From positions 19,592,001 through 19,656,000 of the forward strand of contig OZ004615.1 in the NCBI GenBank assembly GCA_963924565.1: a stretch of 64,000 nt of DNA, written 5' to 3'. The notes under the pieces are model-generated. The model was not told the origin of the DNA and made no database searches. It saw only the letters and a program-made list of their open reading frames with translations. Source of the DNA: Ascidiella aspersa. Lineage: Eukaryota. Shown piece after piece: positions 14,244-28,240 of the stretch; position 1 is the stretch's first letter, and each line of letters begins with the position of its first letter. The position numbers and the translations under genes are program-made.

Positions 14244-15440
14244 ATTACAGACTCGTTCATAGTACACCTCAGCAAATTTCCAGGAATTTGCAAATATATA
14301 AGACAATGTCAAAACATCGTTCAAGCCGACAGGCAGAAAAATATAATCTCTTGAGATTCCAAGACATTGCGTTTGAATATATGAATCTGGTAAACCACAA
14401 TGCCTGCTGGCCCTCATTTATTAGAACCAATTGAGAATTCCTGAAACTGCAACTTTGCGCTTTTATTTATAGCTGACATATAAACCTAAAAAAGTGGGAT
14501 GGGAAGGAGATTGTGTGGGTATACGCCACTGGTCTAAGGAATATTAATGGAGAATATCGCACTGTGGCATTTCTCTTACCACTATCGGTCGGGTTGAATT
14601 GTTTTTGTGTCACCGCTTTCGCCGCACAAGCTTCGTCAAAGCGGTTTAATGTGAGGTTCGGAAGAGTAAAAAGCAATCAATCGAGACTTTTGTGGCACTG
14701 GCGATGACATTTCTTTTCTAGGGGCAAATCGAGTTGATTTTTTTCTACACAGATCAGATTCTGACTATAACCACACACAGATTAAATCCTTGTATTGTAA
14801 CCGAAAAACCGAAAGGGAAATAGCTCTTTTTTTCGTTTTTTTTTTCGTTTGTTTTGACAATATACTTCTGACATGAAAGGCGAAAACCTCCACAGCGAAA
14901 TAAACTCGTTTAATTAATTTTAACAGAGTCGCGTTTTTGCGGTAAAAAATCTTCGACGACCGCAAAGCGACCAAGAAAAAAATTACGTTTGTCTTTTTGA
15001 AAAAAATTAAGCCGATAGCTTTAGATTATTAGACCGCGGGTCAAACGGCAGCGCACACCAGACGCTATTCGGCGTCATTATAAGATTATTTGCAGCGCCG
15101 AGATCAATCCAAACAATCACAAAATCAACGGCGCAATTACTTAACGAGCAAGACTATATCGGACAGCAGTGTTCCTATTAGCAGATGGGCATTGGGGCAT
15201 GGGCCTTATCGTAGTAGCACGAAAACAGATCTTGTCGACTAATTACGCGAAGGTTTTACCGCTTTTACAAGTTTTTCGCAGTTTGCTTTTGGTTATGAGC
15301 GAACTTGGCCAGAAATGATAAAATGCGCCGAGTCAACCAGGTTTGTCTGGCATTGGTAGCAAGCGTATCACCTATGTCAATCTATTTGTGTCATGCCACT
15401 TACAAATTAGGGTCAATAGAAAGGCGCAAAGCGTAATGAC

Positions 15441-15622
15441 TTGGGCGATTATTTTTTACCCAAAAGAGAAATTTTGACCTAAAAAAAATATTATATTGAC
15501 AAATTTAAAAAAAAAATATTTACAGTTTTTGTCAATTACAAACGATTTTCGACCATTCTTGAAACAATTTTATTTGAAATAATTTTGATGAATTTTGCTA
15601 AGTCAAAAAATAATCGCCGTAA
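15441..15622. mobile_element. Short internally deleted copy of the GGCGATTATT element
   Basis: TIR GGCGATTATTTTTT / AAAAAATAATCGCC; ends resemble those at 48917 and 50270. Confidence 0.7.
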
Positions 15623-16299
15623 TATAGCAATATACGGTCAACACACACTTGACTTCCTTAGTACGGAAGACCTAACTTAAAGGGGCAATTGACTAAATTT
15701 TTCTCAAAAGTTTTTGTTCTAAGGTTCGTAAATGCTTAGTTTAGGGCTTCTTAAAGCTCAATACTGCTCGAAAAATATTTCAACAATTAAAATATACTTC
15801 TCTAATATTTTAAACAGTTTAAACATATACCCTAATATTTTGCTAGTCTAATTTGTTTCAGCACATATATGACGAAAATATACTTGACTGAAGTAGTTAC
15901 GACGTTTCCCAAATATTTGCAAATTGGAATGTAGTTGGTTGTCTTGACCAATGCCTATTAATGAGTTAAACAACAATTTCGGTTGAAGGTGGAACCGCAT
16001 GCTTCAATTTCAGTTACAAGTTTGTTTTTATTTGTACGTGAAATGCATTTCCAGGTGTGGTTAAAAACGTTCAAAGTGTTGAAAAATCGGAAACTAGTTG
16101 CATTTGAATTGGTTTGCACCGTATACGAGACTTTTTTTAACAGTTCATTTCCAGTTTAAAAGTCGGACGAATGTAATGAGCTACGACGTTCAACGCCAGC
16201 GTATTTTAAAATTTTGTTAATTTTAGCTTAAAATGCGAAAAGCATGCCCAAAAACTCCTGCAAATAACAACACAAAAATAAATCACAACGTCGACCAAC

Positions 16300-16627
16300 C
16301 TGTTGCGACGAGAGCCGCGTGCGCGCTTTTCGTCGCCACGCTGCTTTGCATAAGGGGGTTCCCGGTGAGATCGATCTGGGTGATTTCCCCGTTCGAGGAG
16401 GCCCGGTTCTGCGAGTCGCCGCATCCATTAGATGGAAGAAGCGACGCGAAGTGATTCTCGTTAGCCGGGCGCAAGAGGGAGACCTGCACCCCCACGTCCG
16501 ACGTGCTGTCCGCCGGCGGCGCGCCGTGACGCAGTTTAGTGACGTCACTACTGGTGACGTCATGGGGCACGTGGTGCTCGTCGGGCGAGGTCACGTGATG
16601 GTCGGCCTTGCACGAGAACTGTTTATG
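16300..16627 (-). CDS. Probable 328-nt exon (HKQFSCKADHHVTS...AALVAT)
   Basis: Acceptor TTTCCGTCTCCAG|, donor CAG|GTTGGT. Only the phase-0 entry is open (109 codons); it exits in phase 1. Confidence 0.5.
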
Positions 16628-16809
16628 CTGGAGACGGAAAGGCGCGAGTTTTACGAAAAGGTGAAAAAACGGGGACGCGGGGCAAGTTACTTTGGATTGT
16701 AACAAATACAGGGGATTTAAATCACCATTTAAAACAGGAGTTCACAATTTGTAGCAAACGCGCCACTTCTGGTACTAAGGGGGTCTTAATACAGCGTGTG
16801 CCTTTGTAA

Positions 16810-17315
16810 CAGTGTTGAAAAGACTTGAGTCTATGACTGGACTAAAGTCATTGTTTTTAAATGACTTGACTTAACGTTACTTTTTAAGTCTTTTCGACAA
16901 ATGACTTCGGTTGAAATGAAGTGATTTCATTAAGCATTTTTTGGTAAAATTGGGTTGTATATTGTAAATTTTGCACATAAAATAATTTTCTTGCTATATG
17001 ATGCGTTTTGCTTATTAGTTAGTTGAGCTAATGCTCATATACGAACAAGTTTACCAATTTTAATAATTTTTGTTTAATTGTTATAACAAGGATTTGGAAT
17101 AGACTTTGTGACTTGACTGGGACTTAACTTGGTATTTATTAAAAAAATCTTGACTTGGACTTGTTAGTTTACAAATGACTTGACTTGGACTTGTTAGTTT
17201 ACAAATGACTTGACTTTGATTTGTTAGTTTACAAATGACTTGACTTGGACTTGATAGTTTACAAATGACTTGACTTGGACTTAAGTCATTACAAAATGAA
17301 TTGTTTGCAACACTG
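16810..17315 (+). mobile_element. GACTT-rich element, complete, with an internal 30-bp tandem array
   Basis: CAGTGTTG...CAACACTG; TSD CTTTGTAA/ATTTTTAA (6/8); TGACTTGGACTTGTTAGTTTACAAATGACT about 4.5 times at 17151-17290. Confidence 0.85.
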
Positions 17316-20300
17316 ATTTTTAAGCCTTCAGTCTTCTATACCCATTATTTTACCATCGACTGAAAAAAACCTGTAGGCCAATAAAAGTAGCATCCAAGCA
17401 ATTGAACGCTTTAAAAACATTTATTTTTCTATACTTACTTGTATAAATTGCACGATGGCGGCAAGCGGGAAGGTTCGGTTGCATTTCCCGCAAATGATTT
17501 GGTCGCATTCGTTGTCAGGGCTCGAACTAGAGTCCACTGCGAGAAAAGCGTTTGCAAAGGGTTATTCTTATGCTCTATACGTGGCAGAGAATTTTACAAA
17601 AATAAAATAAAATGACAAAAATTGGAAGTCTATGTTCGCTGTTCTGGCGTTTACAGTTGATAGCTGTAATAGGTAAAATCGTTGTTTTGAACACTTTTTT
17701 TGTGAATTTTAAACCAAAGGAGACAAACAAGATTTCAGTTGGGCGGTCAGAGCACTCAAACACAACAAAGACAGAAACAGCAAATATGTTAGCTGCGTGC
17801 CTCAAGGCTCAGTTGTAATACACGATATTGCACTTATCCCAGACAGAAGCCTTAGTTCAAACTTCAAGCAACGACGCCAAAGTGGTCAGTTTCGTGGTTC
17901 GATAGCCGGTCGAGACAGTAATGCACCTTTGCAGAATATTGGTCAACAGTGGTGTTCAGAACGCCTAAGCATCCACAATTAAGTCATAAGTTCCTGCATA
18001 TAGAGCTGTGGGATCTGTGGCCACTCGTCCACACTCAATAGGCCTACGCGTTGTGAATGAACAGGTACTTTGGCGCGCAACAGAGGGAATTTCTAACTTT
18101 GGCGCGCGTGGAAAGCGCACATAGTAAGTTGTCGGAAGATTAGAGCGCCGGGAATCAATCACGGGGAATGCCATAGTAGTGAGTCCTAGACCGTTTTAAA
18201 GCAACCTAGACTAGGGTGTCTAAACAACATCAGACGACTATTCCAGGGTCAACAATCATAATACAGGGGCAAATTGGTATAACAGTAAAATGGTGGTCTT
18301 TAATGGAGTATTTTTACAGAAGTCGCGAGTTCGTGCCTTTAGTAGGCGCAAAGAGCTGGAGAGGGTTGCTGGCACTTGGTCGGCCACAGCGGGGTTGCTG
18401 CTGCTGGTTTGTGCTTATTTGAAAAACGACGGTCTCCAAAGGAAGGGGAGCATATGTGTCCGGTACGCGTTCACCACCGTCGACAGGCGGGCGCGCAACA
18501 CGCAGCCCAACGCCCGTCCATTAATCACACGCCCGAGAGCGAAGCGCCAGACGAGTGAAAATGCGAAGGGCCGACGCCGCCAGCGATGTACAGAGTGGGC
18601 GTTGCCGTTGCAATCACGACGAAGGCTTTAGCGATTAGGGCAAACGTTTAGGGGTACGGTCGGACTTGGGCACTCTATTTTTGGATAAATCCTCGCTACC
18701 TTTGGGTAAAAATGAGGCTTGCCAGGGGTACGTTTTGGGACTGGGTTTTCATAAGGAAGACAATGTTACTTGCCGAGTTCTTTAAAGTTTGGCGGCCGTG
18801 GCTGAAGGGTATTTAGTTAAGTGCTTGGGCCTTTTGCGAGTCAACTTATTTCTTTTCAACCATTTAGCTTACGTGTTTTTTAATAAATCACCAACAACTT
18901 TTGTTTATCTGGGTTTACTTCGAGCAAGATTCGACCAAACGCAGTTTCAACGAATTTGGAAGAGAAATCGGCTCTAATGGGAAACAAAGTCAAGAAGCGC
19001 GTTACACTTTATAAAACTACAAAAATCGCAATACAATCGATTAAAATTACCACCTCCTGAAAACAAGTAAACCAAAGATCCTATAAAATTTGTTGGAATT
19101 TGGTGAAAAGAAGGGGAGTATAAAAGAGGCGGAACGCGACAATATACGAGAAACCACAGAGAGCGTGGTTATACGGGATCAGATTTTTTATAGATAACCC
19201 TTTGTGCTACAAACTATACGATTGGCTTAAGAGTAGAAAACCTTTAACTACTTCCGCATTGACAAACCAATTTCATACGGTGCTCCTAAATTCGCAAAGG
19301 TGTCCTTTTTCTGGTCGCGTCGGCGTCCTAAAAAGTCACAGCCGCCCTTTGTTGTTTAATAAGCGTCATATAGCAACATTTTTTTGGGTTGTATGGAAAC
19401 GGAAATGAGATTTAGGTAATTTTACAAACAGATTTTACGCCTGGTAGCCTTGTCAAAACCACCACTATTCCAGGCAACTTCAAAGGCGTGATTTCGTTTC
19501 GTGTTCGTATAAAGGTAATAAAAATCGGGAGCGAGCGATTTGCTAACGGGTTTTACACCTCATATAGTCCTGTAGAAGTGCACCACAAATCCACGCACAA
19601 CAAAGGCGTAAATCGCGGATTTTTACAATTGTCAGTCGAAACGGTTAAAGGAAGCTGCTGATAAAACATGAACTAGTCGCTAAAAGGGATGCAGGGCCTT
19701 GAAATGTGGTAATCGGACATGGGTAAAATGGAGAGGGTGGGGGTTTATGCAAATAAGAACACTTACGCCTCAGATCATTGGCGCTGTAGTAGGACGAAAT
19801 ATAAAAAAATAAAAGCTCGGATATGAACAGTTAACATAGCGTTAACCGGTAAAATGAACCTTGATTTATTTAAGAAGAAACGTTCCCAAGAGGCAACCTT
19901 TTCCCTTTGGGATTAAAAAAAATCTTCACATATCACAGAAGTCATATCGTTTAAATCGATTTTTAAACGCTGTACAACAAGAAATGTAGAACTTAAAACT
20001 ATAAAAAACAACTAAAAATTATGAAAAATCGTTTGTGGGATCTGATAACTTTTTTTACATTTACCCCAAGCAAAGTTTCACGAAAACGGAGAGTGCACAA
20101 AAAATAGTCAGATAAAATAAAAGCGCGTCGCCGTATGTCCTTCCAAAACACATCAACAGAAAAGCGCCGTATGCGGATGCGGTTAAACAATGGACCGTAA
20201 GCTTTTTGCGCCTGTTTGTCCAACAATGTCCGGATATTTTTCGCCGAACAGCAACCAGCACTATGCCTACTGTCCATCCTCTTCGCAATCGAGACAAAAA

Positions 20301-20325
20301 ATCAACAGACGGACTTGGTTTAAAC

Positions 20326-20677
20326 CAGAGGTTCTTAAACTGGGGTCCATGGACCCCTTGGGGGTCCGTGAACTAGTTTTAGGCGGTTCATGAAAGTCGT
20401 ATTAATATTAGTGTAGTAATATTACTGTAGTCTACCGTTAAATTTAAGAAGAAATCTAATTTTAAAAGGTTAATCAAAAATAAAACGTTTTGCATTGCAT
20501 TTATTTAGAATCCATTTTACATTCCATTTTTTGGACCTAAAACTGCAGATTTCTAAAGTCTGTTTGTATTGTAACGTTAATTGATGACGTAATTTTTTTT
20601 AATTTTTTGCCTACCGTGGTCCACGCGAAGCAAAAAAAAATTAGGGGTCCGCGGTAAAAAAAGTTAAAGAACCCCTG
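20326..20677 (+). mobile_element. hAT MITE (same family as 55430 and 58991)
   Basis: Ends CAGAGGTTCTTAAAC / GTTAAAGAACCCCTG; perfect TSD GTTTAAAC. Confidence 0.92.
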
Positions 20678-23428
20678 GTTTAAACGAACGATGCACATAA
20701 TCCCGATAGAAGTATTCACGAAGCTAGCACAAGTATGCGCATTGTGTTGGTCGTCTGTTTGCGGAGAAAGCTGTCTGCTACGTCTTTGTAAAATCTTACA
20801 AACATGTTGTAAATGCTATTCTCACACTTGTGTTAGCTGCGCATTCCCGTTCAATACATTCCCACATTCATTAAATTAATATTTCTATTTGCCTCTTTTG
20901 GGTTTGCAGTAATCCTAACCGGCAAAATCCGAGGGATTAAAAACCCAATGTACTCGATCTCAATTTATGACCAAAACACCAGGGTTGTGTCTTAATGTTG
21001 AGTAAGCGGGACGTCTAAAGTGCCGTTTTCCACACAGTCTCCGATTAACATGCGTGTGTGAAGTGCAATGGACAATGGTACTAAAGTCTAACCATTATTT
21101 GTTGCAGCCAATAAGTCACGCCGAACTCATTGTCTTTAAGTCAGCGCTTGTGCAGCTGCACGCCACTCATTACGGCGTAAGGGCGCGGTTCTGAGAACTA
21201 TACAATCGACTATGGTGCATTGTCAAACAGATCTTTAGCTATTGTCCGTGGACCATGATTGTCCGTCTAGCAGTGACGACATAAAACGCCCGTATGTTTC
21301 GGGAGCCGCTTGCGACACAAAGTGCTCGACATAGTGCAGGGGTGGCCGACACGCGGCTCGCTCGCCGCATGCGTTCTTCACCCAGTTTTATGCGGCTCTT
21401 ACGTTCGTGTTGCACTTATGATTTTTTAGAATATCTCGATTTCGTTTGGTTAAGGTATGGATTATTGCCGGTTCCGACTCAGATTGTTGGCCTTAAGAGT
21501 TAAGGCCAATGTATTTTTAGCCATTCTTTTAAAACGAGATAAACACAAAAAATATGCCCAAATACTATTGACAAACGAGATTATATTGAAAAAAGTGTTG
21601 TTTTTTATCCAACGCGTCGCGTCTCCTTATCAATTAAATTTTTGTCTAGTTAACGAAATAAAGACATTGGCCAATGAACACCTCTGTAAAGCACACTTTT
21701 TCTACATTGAAAACGTTTTAGAACTTCACCTTTAGCGATAAACCATTTTTCACACTGTAAGAGTTATGTCCAAAGAATGACTTTTAGTTTTGAATTAGTT
21801 GGCAATGTTAAGGGTAAATGAGGTTGATTTGAAGTTGGATTTCATACTGAAATTCACATTTTTAGATCGAAAATACTAGAATGGCTTTCAACCTTTGGTA
21901 ACAGCGGTGGCATTTTTATTTTGTTTCGTACAAGTCGAGTTGCGTCAATAACAAAACTCTGCAGCAGGTTAAAACAGAAAAGGGTTTAATCGCGAAGAAA
22001 GTAATACGATCGCCAAAAAAAACAAAACATTTCCAAACCACTGTACATCGGGCCATGTCTCCCCGCAGACGATTGCCAATGTCAGCCGCGGCGCTTTGGC
22101 CGCTCGTTCAGGGCGCGCGTCAAAACTATGCCCAGCCCGCCAATCGTGGAAGTCGCGATTGCTTATCCGGGCGACCGTTCGCGACTGTTCGGTAGAGACT
22201 GATAAACGAGAGACGAGCGCGCCGATTGTTAATCGATCAAGCCGGGGATGAAACAATGTTCGGTGTCATTGCCAGCCAGGTGCTAGTCTGCGCGGCAACA
22301 GCTAATCGCATTTGGGCGCGATTTGTCGAGGTTCGTGACCCGCTAACTGGATGATGGTTGTCGCATTTTGGGAACGCATAACCGGTCCGATTGCAATTAT
22401 CGCCGAATATTGTCTGCGTGAAGGCGCCGGCTCGACTCTAAAGGGGCAAACCAGATCACGTACCCCCTCTTGTTAACGCCTGCAAGCTGTTCAGGTGGCA
22501 AAATTAGCAGTCAGAACAACACAACACGCCACCCCTCTTCCCATCGGCATTCAGACGAGCGAGACAGTTACGAATCGCGCAAAATGCGCACGCGCGGTCT
22601 ATAGGCCTATAATGTCGCGTGTCGCGCAAGTTTGCAAACGCGAACGCTGCAAACGACAAAAAGACTGAAAGCACTCGAATCAACCCTAACAGCCAAAAAA
22701 AACGATATCTTTAATACAAACCACTCTCGAAAAGTTATATATCACAGATATGTAATAAAGGATATAGTACTTTAAAAACAACGCATTGAATTTTATTCTC
22801 CTGGTTTAAAATAATAAAATAATACCTTAAAGCCTACAGTGTGTTTTTGACGAGCCAGAAACAATTTATCCAATTAGGGCGTTAACTAGTATTCCGCATT
22901 GTATGGTTGTCACACGCGCGCCGCAGACACGCCTATTATATAAGGAAGCGGGAAAATAGCAATCTACACGAGCTTCAGTGAACAATCGACCAGATGATCA
23001 ACAACTTACAGCCGCCTGAAACAGCCTGCCACTTTCTACGACATAATCGTCGTCTTTGCCTTGCATAACGCGAGTTGCTGTGTTAAATTAACAATCTATA
23101 GAGCATTGCGTTATGATCAATGTTAGCAGAAGCAAGGCACAAGAAAAGTTTACCAATTTTGACCTGCGAGCCGAAGGTTCGAAAATGTTTCTCTGAAAAG
23201 GAGAATACACATTTGCGTAATGCCGTAATGGTTTCGTGGAAAACCGTCTGGTTTCCGTTTGGCGCAACTAATTGACTTTGAACAGAACACAATTCGTTTT
23301 CCTACGAAAGAGCCTTTGCCCTCGAGTTCAACTCAAACTCGACTGAAACTTTCGGCCGCTGCAATTTGCCTCGAACTTTTTTGTGTGTCGCGCATCTTCT
23401 TTACGAAGAGAGAGTTTTTAGGCCATAC

Positions 23429-23888
23429 CTGAATGCCGGGGATTCTTGAAGGGTTTCTGTTTCCTTCTGTTCGACCCGTGTGCGTTCTTCGGGTCGCATC
23501 TGGTCGGCAAAGATAGGGCCGACGCGCCCGGGTCGCCGCGCCCCTGGCCGGACCCCTGCTCGGCGCCGGCGACCCCAAGTTCCAGCGACTGCGAAGGCTG
23601 CGCCTGTTCGCTGATCGACAGGCGCCGTTTCTCGGTGATTTCCCGCACAAGTTCAGACAGCTTCGAGTTCTGGCGGCGCAACTGTTTCTCGGCGTCCGTG
23701 ATGGTCGCACGGACGCCCTGGGAGTCTTCTAAAGCTTGATTTTGCCGGTGATGAGCTCGGTAATTGTTATCATCGACGGCCAGGTTGATCGGCGACTGTG
23801 CAAAGTCTGCCTCGTAGTCCGCGCTATAGCCGGGGCTGCATAGCGCTGGTGTGCCCAGGGTGGGCTTGACAGAACGTACACTGGTCAT
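23429..23888 (-). CDS. Probable alternative first coding exon (153 codons, coiled-coil-like middle)
   Basis: ATG at 23888 with an in-frame stop just upstream; open to donor CAG|GTATGG, phase 1. GC-rich, with promoter-like motifs at 24092-24297. Assignment to the MSRRKQ gene is inferred from strand and phase. Confidence 0.6.
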
Positions 23889-24091
23889 CGACGCTCACTA
23901 TAGGATCTCCTTGCCGTAACGCGGCGCCGGTAAGTCATACGCGCATATCCTATTCTTGCTGCTTCCAGCGCGAGAACAACGGACCAACTGACAGCGGCAG
24001 GCGATTCGCTGAAATGCCGGCAACGGCGTGAGCGTCAGCGGTTTAGAGACAGGCACCAGCAGCAGCAGCAGTAGCGAGCCAACCAGCCAGC

Positions 24092-24297
24092 GGTCACGTG
24101 TTTCCTACCAGCGCTTCCTGTGCCGCTCTCTGGTCACGTGGCAAAAACGAAGATAACCTCGTCCGGTCGTCGCCCCTTTTTTTGCGCGTGTGTGGTGGCG
24201 TGTACGCCTACTCTTGTTGTTGCGGCGTCGCACTTGTTGGCGATGTGTGTCGTGGTAGTGGTGGTAGTTGCCCGGTTGCCACTTTTGCCGCCATGTT
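24092..24297 (-). promoter_or_regulatory. Promoter-like module upstream of the 23888 exon
   Basis: GGTCACGTG at 24092 and 24132, ETS-like CAGGAAG (- strand) between them, YY1-like AACATGGCGGC (- strand) at 24287-24297. Confidence 0.5.
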
Positions 24298-25820
24298 AAA
24301 ACTCTCCCCCGATCCCGGCTGTGTTTTGCGACGTAAATTGCGAGCAGAAGCGACGGAGATTTCTTGGCGAATAGGAATTTTTTTTTACATAGGGTAACAC
24401 GCTCGCCACCCAAGGGGAAGCGGTTTGTTGTTTAGTGCCGAACAGACAAGCCTCGATTTTATATTTTTTACTTGTATTATTAGAGTGTATTTGGCAACCG
24501 TTAGAACTACCTTTATCGGCCGTAAGACATCTAACCAAATAAAACTGTCCTGAGATTCAAATTGAAAGACAATTATGTATGAACAATCAAGAATGTTGTC
24601 AACACTGTATTCCTACATACACAATTCCACTTTTTATCCGTACAGGAGAAACACATGTGCATACCGCTAAATATTTGTCCTGATTTATAGAAGAGTTTTA
24701 CAGTCACTTGGAGTTGGAAATCATGTGGCAGTTGAACGCCAGAGGGCGTACTTTAAGTTTGACAAGCTTACGCACATCTGTGCTTCAATTTAAAGTTCCT
24801 AAATTTCATATTTCGAGTTGAACAAATGCGTCCATCAACAAAGATCTTGGTATTATTAAGGTTTCCGTGAGATTGGCGAATCATACAGTGTACAATCGTT
24901 TAATTCCAGTAAAATCTCACAAGACTTGGGTACGGGGAAAATGAAACCCGAGTGCGTCAAAGGCGGAGAAAAAGAAATCCGGAAGGCAAAAAATGAGTGT
25001 TGGAGTTGAATTGATGGGCGTCTGGCGCATTCGTAGTCACGATCGCCAAAGAGGCGTCTTGTTTTTCGAAACCGGCGAAAATAGTCGAAGGGGCGGTTTC
25101 GCGTTACATCTCCGCCGCTTTTTTGCTGCAGAAACATCTGTATAGTTGTCGCCGGCACCGACATATGGCGGGTATTTGCATGAAACATGGCAGGAGGATA
25201 AAAGGACCGAGTCGTCTTACTTTATGTGGTGTTGTTGCATTCCATGATGAAGGTTTCCTGCATAGGTAGCCAAAACTTTGGAGAAAATGAATAAGTGCCG
25301 GGAGAGCTTTTTCTTAGCATGCCAACCTTTATAGCATACTTTAAATAAAATGCAGCAATGACAAAAACGTTGCCCCAAACTCAATTTTATCCTTGAACGA
25401 ATTCTCCCTCACTTTTGTCAATCATACTACTTATTATCACAACCTTCTAGTGTTAAAAGTCACAATGTTTTTAGTCTTAGACGCTTTTTTATTTAACAAC
25501 GTCCATGCTATAAGGCGGCGTCTGGCGTCCACACTGCAAATACCACAGGAGTATACATATTCAAATGAATGCTCAGCATAAAAAAAGATGCGGGCCGTAA
25601 CGAAGAACACACCTTTTCGTTTTTCAATTGCCATCCTTTGGTAAGAACCTTTAAACAGTGTTGTGCTTTGGCAATAGGGGTAAAATCGGTGCTCTGAAGG
25701 GTGTTTATCGTAAACAGAAAGTTCGCACTACACTTTCTGTCACATTAATTTGCCACATTGCTTTGTTACCATAAGTACACGGCAAGGTATGCAGTAAACA
25801 CAATGATATTGTGATCTAAA

Positions 25821-26109
25821 ACCGAGTTTTTAAACCTCGGGGTCACTCCCATGCTAGGGGTATCACAACAAGTTTCGGGAGTCGAGAATAGCTTTAAGTA
25901 ACCCTCAGATAAAATGTTGCTTTCATAAGTTGTTCCCGTTTTTTTAAAGAAAACTTTCATAACATGCGAGCGAAGATAAAATGCCCGAAAGAGTTGCATA
26001 TAACTTGAGTGCAGTTAAAGACAACAGTTTATTATGGTCAAACGTGAATAGTAGCGGAAAGTTAAGAAAATAAAAAGGGTCGGGGACTGAAAAGTTTGGA
26101 AAACAATAG
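25821..26109. mobile_element. Degenerate hAT-like MITE
   Basis: Decayed ends (GTTTTTAAACCT...GGGGTC / GGGTCG...AAAAGTTTGGAAAAC); no clean TSD. Confidence 0.45.
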
Positions 26110-27449
26110 ACGGTACACTTGACTAGTCCAGACCGCTTCAATTGTAAATAATTAAGGCCGAATAGCTGTTTGTGATTGGGCAAAAGAGCAAAGATGTAGT
26201 AAACATTTAAGCACGCCGAATGCAAATTAATTTTCTATTTGGGCGTTAGTATGGTCGCCACTTAAACCTCCTTCCTCAATTTTTTTGATACTTATTTTAT
26301 TTTTTAACGGAAAAAGCAGTGTTGTTGATTGTATGCGGGTTACCGTGGTTCATTCCACACTATTATTGCAGCGGCTGCTTTCCAGGGCAGCTACGGCGCA
26401 TTGACGCTTAGCAATTCCTTATCGCACTTAATAGCCAGTTTCAATTAGGGCTTCAGCTAAATCAACCGACGACAGACAGAAAACGTCTATGAAGTCTAAC
26501 ACTTTGAAAATTATATACAATCGACATTTTTGACGAAACCGGCTGCATCTCCGAGTCTCCATTAGCCAGATGACCAAATTCAACAAACTCGGGGATGAAA
26601 ATGATTGATTCCATATGTTAAGTGTTGGCAGTGCCATTACTGAACGACACAAATTTCGCGGAGGACATTTTGCGGCTAAGCAGGATTTTAAAACCATACG
26701 GAAAAGTCAGATCATATTGTTGTGGAATTGTACACTGCACAGTGCACAGTAAAATAGGTTGAAACGAATTCTACAATCGTATGAGCGATTTTCGATCAGT
26801 TTAATTTCCTTGGCATTTCTTTTTAAACTTAAGGCAGTCTAACTGGCAATGATCAAAGCCTTTATTGTTTAGGTCACTTAGAATTGAACGCGTCGATCAG
26901 ATTGGACGACACACAATGAACAAGTAAACAATCGACTTAGTCAATGTTGGATCGACGCCATTGAAGAGATGTTTCATTTTCCTGCATATGTGTCCCTGAA
27001 AAAAAGCGGCCTAAAGCAAAGGGATGCAACTAACAGAAGGCAAGTGTCAATTTACGTTTTAAAGCATGTAACATATTATTTAATACGACCTTTATTGGTT
27101 TTTGTTTTGAAGGGAATTGAATAAAACATAAGTTGGAACGTGAAAAGTCGAACTGTATTAAATTTGTAGAATGTCGACAAAACGTTTGTCTTGTACAACT
27201 GAAAACATCAGGGTGCCACGCACTATAATAAAAAAAATCTAAAACATTTTAAGACTTTTGAATTGCTTTTCAAAGGCATAACATTGGACAGCTTGATATT
27301 TTTTTTTAAATATTACTCTAAAACAAAACATAATAAATGGCATGGTCAACACAATAACAATAGTTGAAAAATTACTTTTACAGTGGCACTTTCTTAGCAC
27401 ACAACTTAAGCTGGACAGAAATAAATTATATTCAAAAATACTATTCAAA

Positions 27450-27649
27450 GATAAGGTCTAGTCAAAGATACTTAGCAACTTAGGTATACTATGCACGGAT
27501 CTGTAATATAGCTTGAAATTAATAGATGAATGTAATGTTTTGATTTATTTCTCAGTCACATTAACTGAAGGTGATACAAGTTCGTATCGAAACGTCTTAA
27601 TCAAGATGATGTCGATCTACTCGCCCTTTTTGGCTTTGAAATTTATCAA
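27450..27649 (+). mobile_element. Short PLE-derived 3' fragment with a family A hammerhead (core CUGAAGG, mutated)
   Basis: 27539-27646 is near-identical to 8706-8811. Flanked by the 10-bp direct repeat ACTATTCAAA (27440-27449 and 27650-27659). Confidence 0.7.
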
Positions 27650-28240
27650 ACTATTCAAATAGTTTTGGAAAAAAACAAGGGATTTTTAAACGACATTACA
27701 ATGCGCAAATCAATTCACGCACTTTTGAAGATTCAGAGACCACGAGGCAGCCCTGATGAATCTGACAGAACGAGAGAACAACTATGGCCCGAGTAAAAAA
27801 GCAAAGATGAAACGAAAGTCCGATTTTTGTCGGGCGAAAGGACAACCAGTCAACACATGTTTTGAAAGGCTCACTAATGTCCAGGACAAAGGCGGCGGCG
27901 GCCAAATCCAGACGCCTGACGTAGTAACCCGATAGCGCCTGGCCAGAAATACTTGTTTTTGTGAGGCTTGACTAACTGAAAAGGCTGAGTACCGTTGTTA
28001 AGGCATTGTGTGGACAGATCTTATCCGCTTAGTTAAAAATAAATGGGGACGTTTTTTATTGGTTTGTGATCGAGAGTTTTTTTTTTACTGTTTTATTCGG
28101 AAGAGACGATTGTAATAAACAGCACAACTTTGTTGTTTCCCATTTCAATATTCCTTCGTAACCTTGTTTTATTTCGTGGCTAACTTTCACCAACCCTTTT
28201 TATGCCTTGTGCCCCAGTTTTAATCACTATTGCTTTAAAG

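Noticed and set aside
17151-17290. Regular 30-bp repeats resembling a CRISPR array
   Set aside because: No unique spacers, no cas genes, and it lies inside a GACTT transposon.
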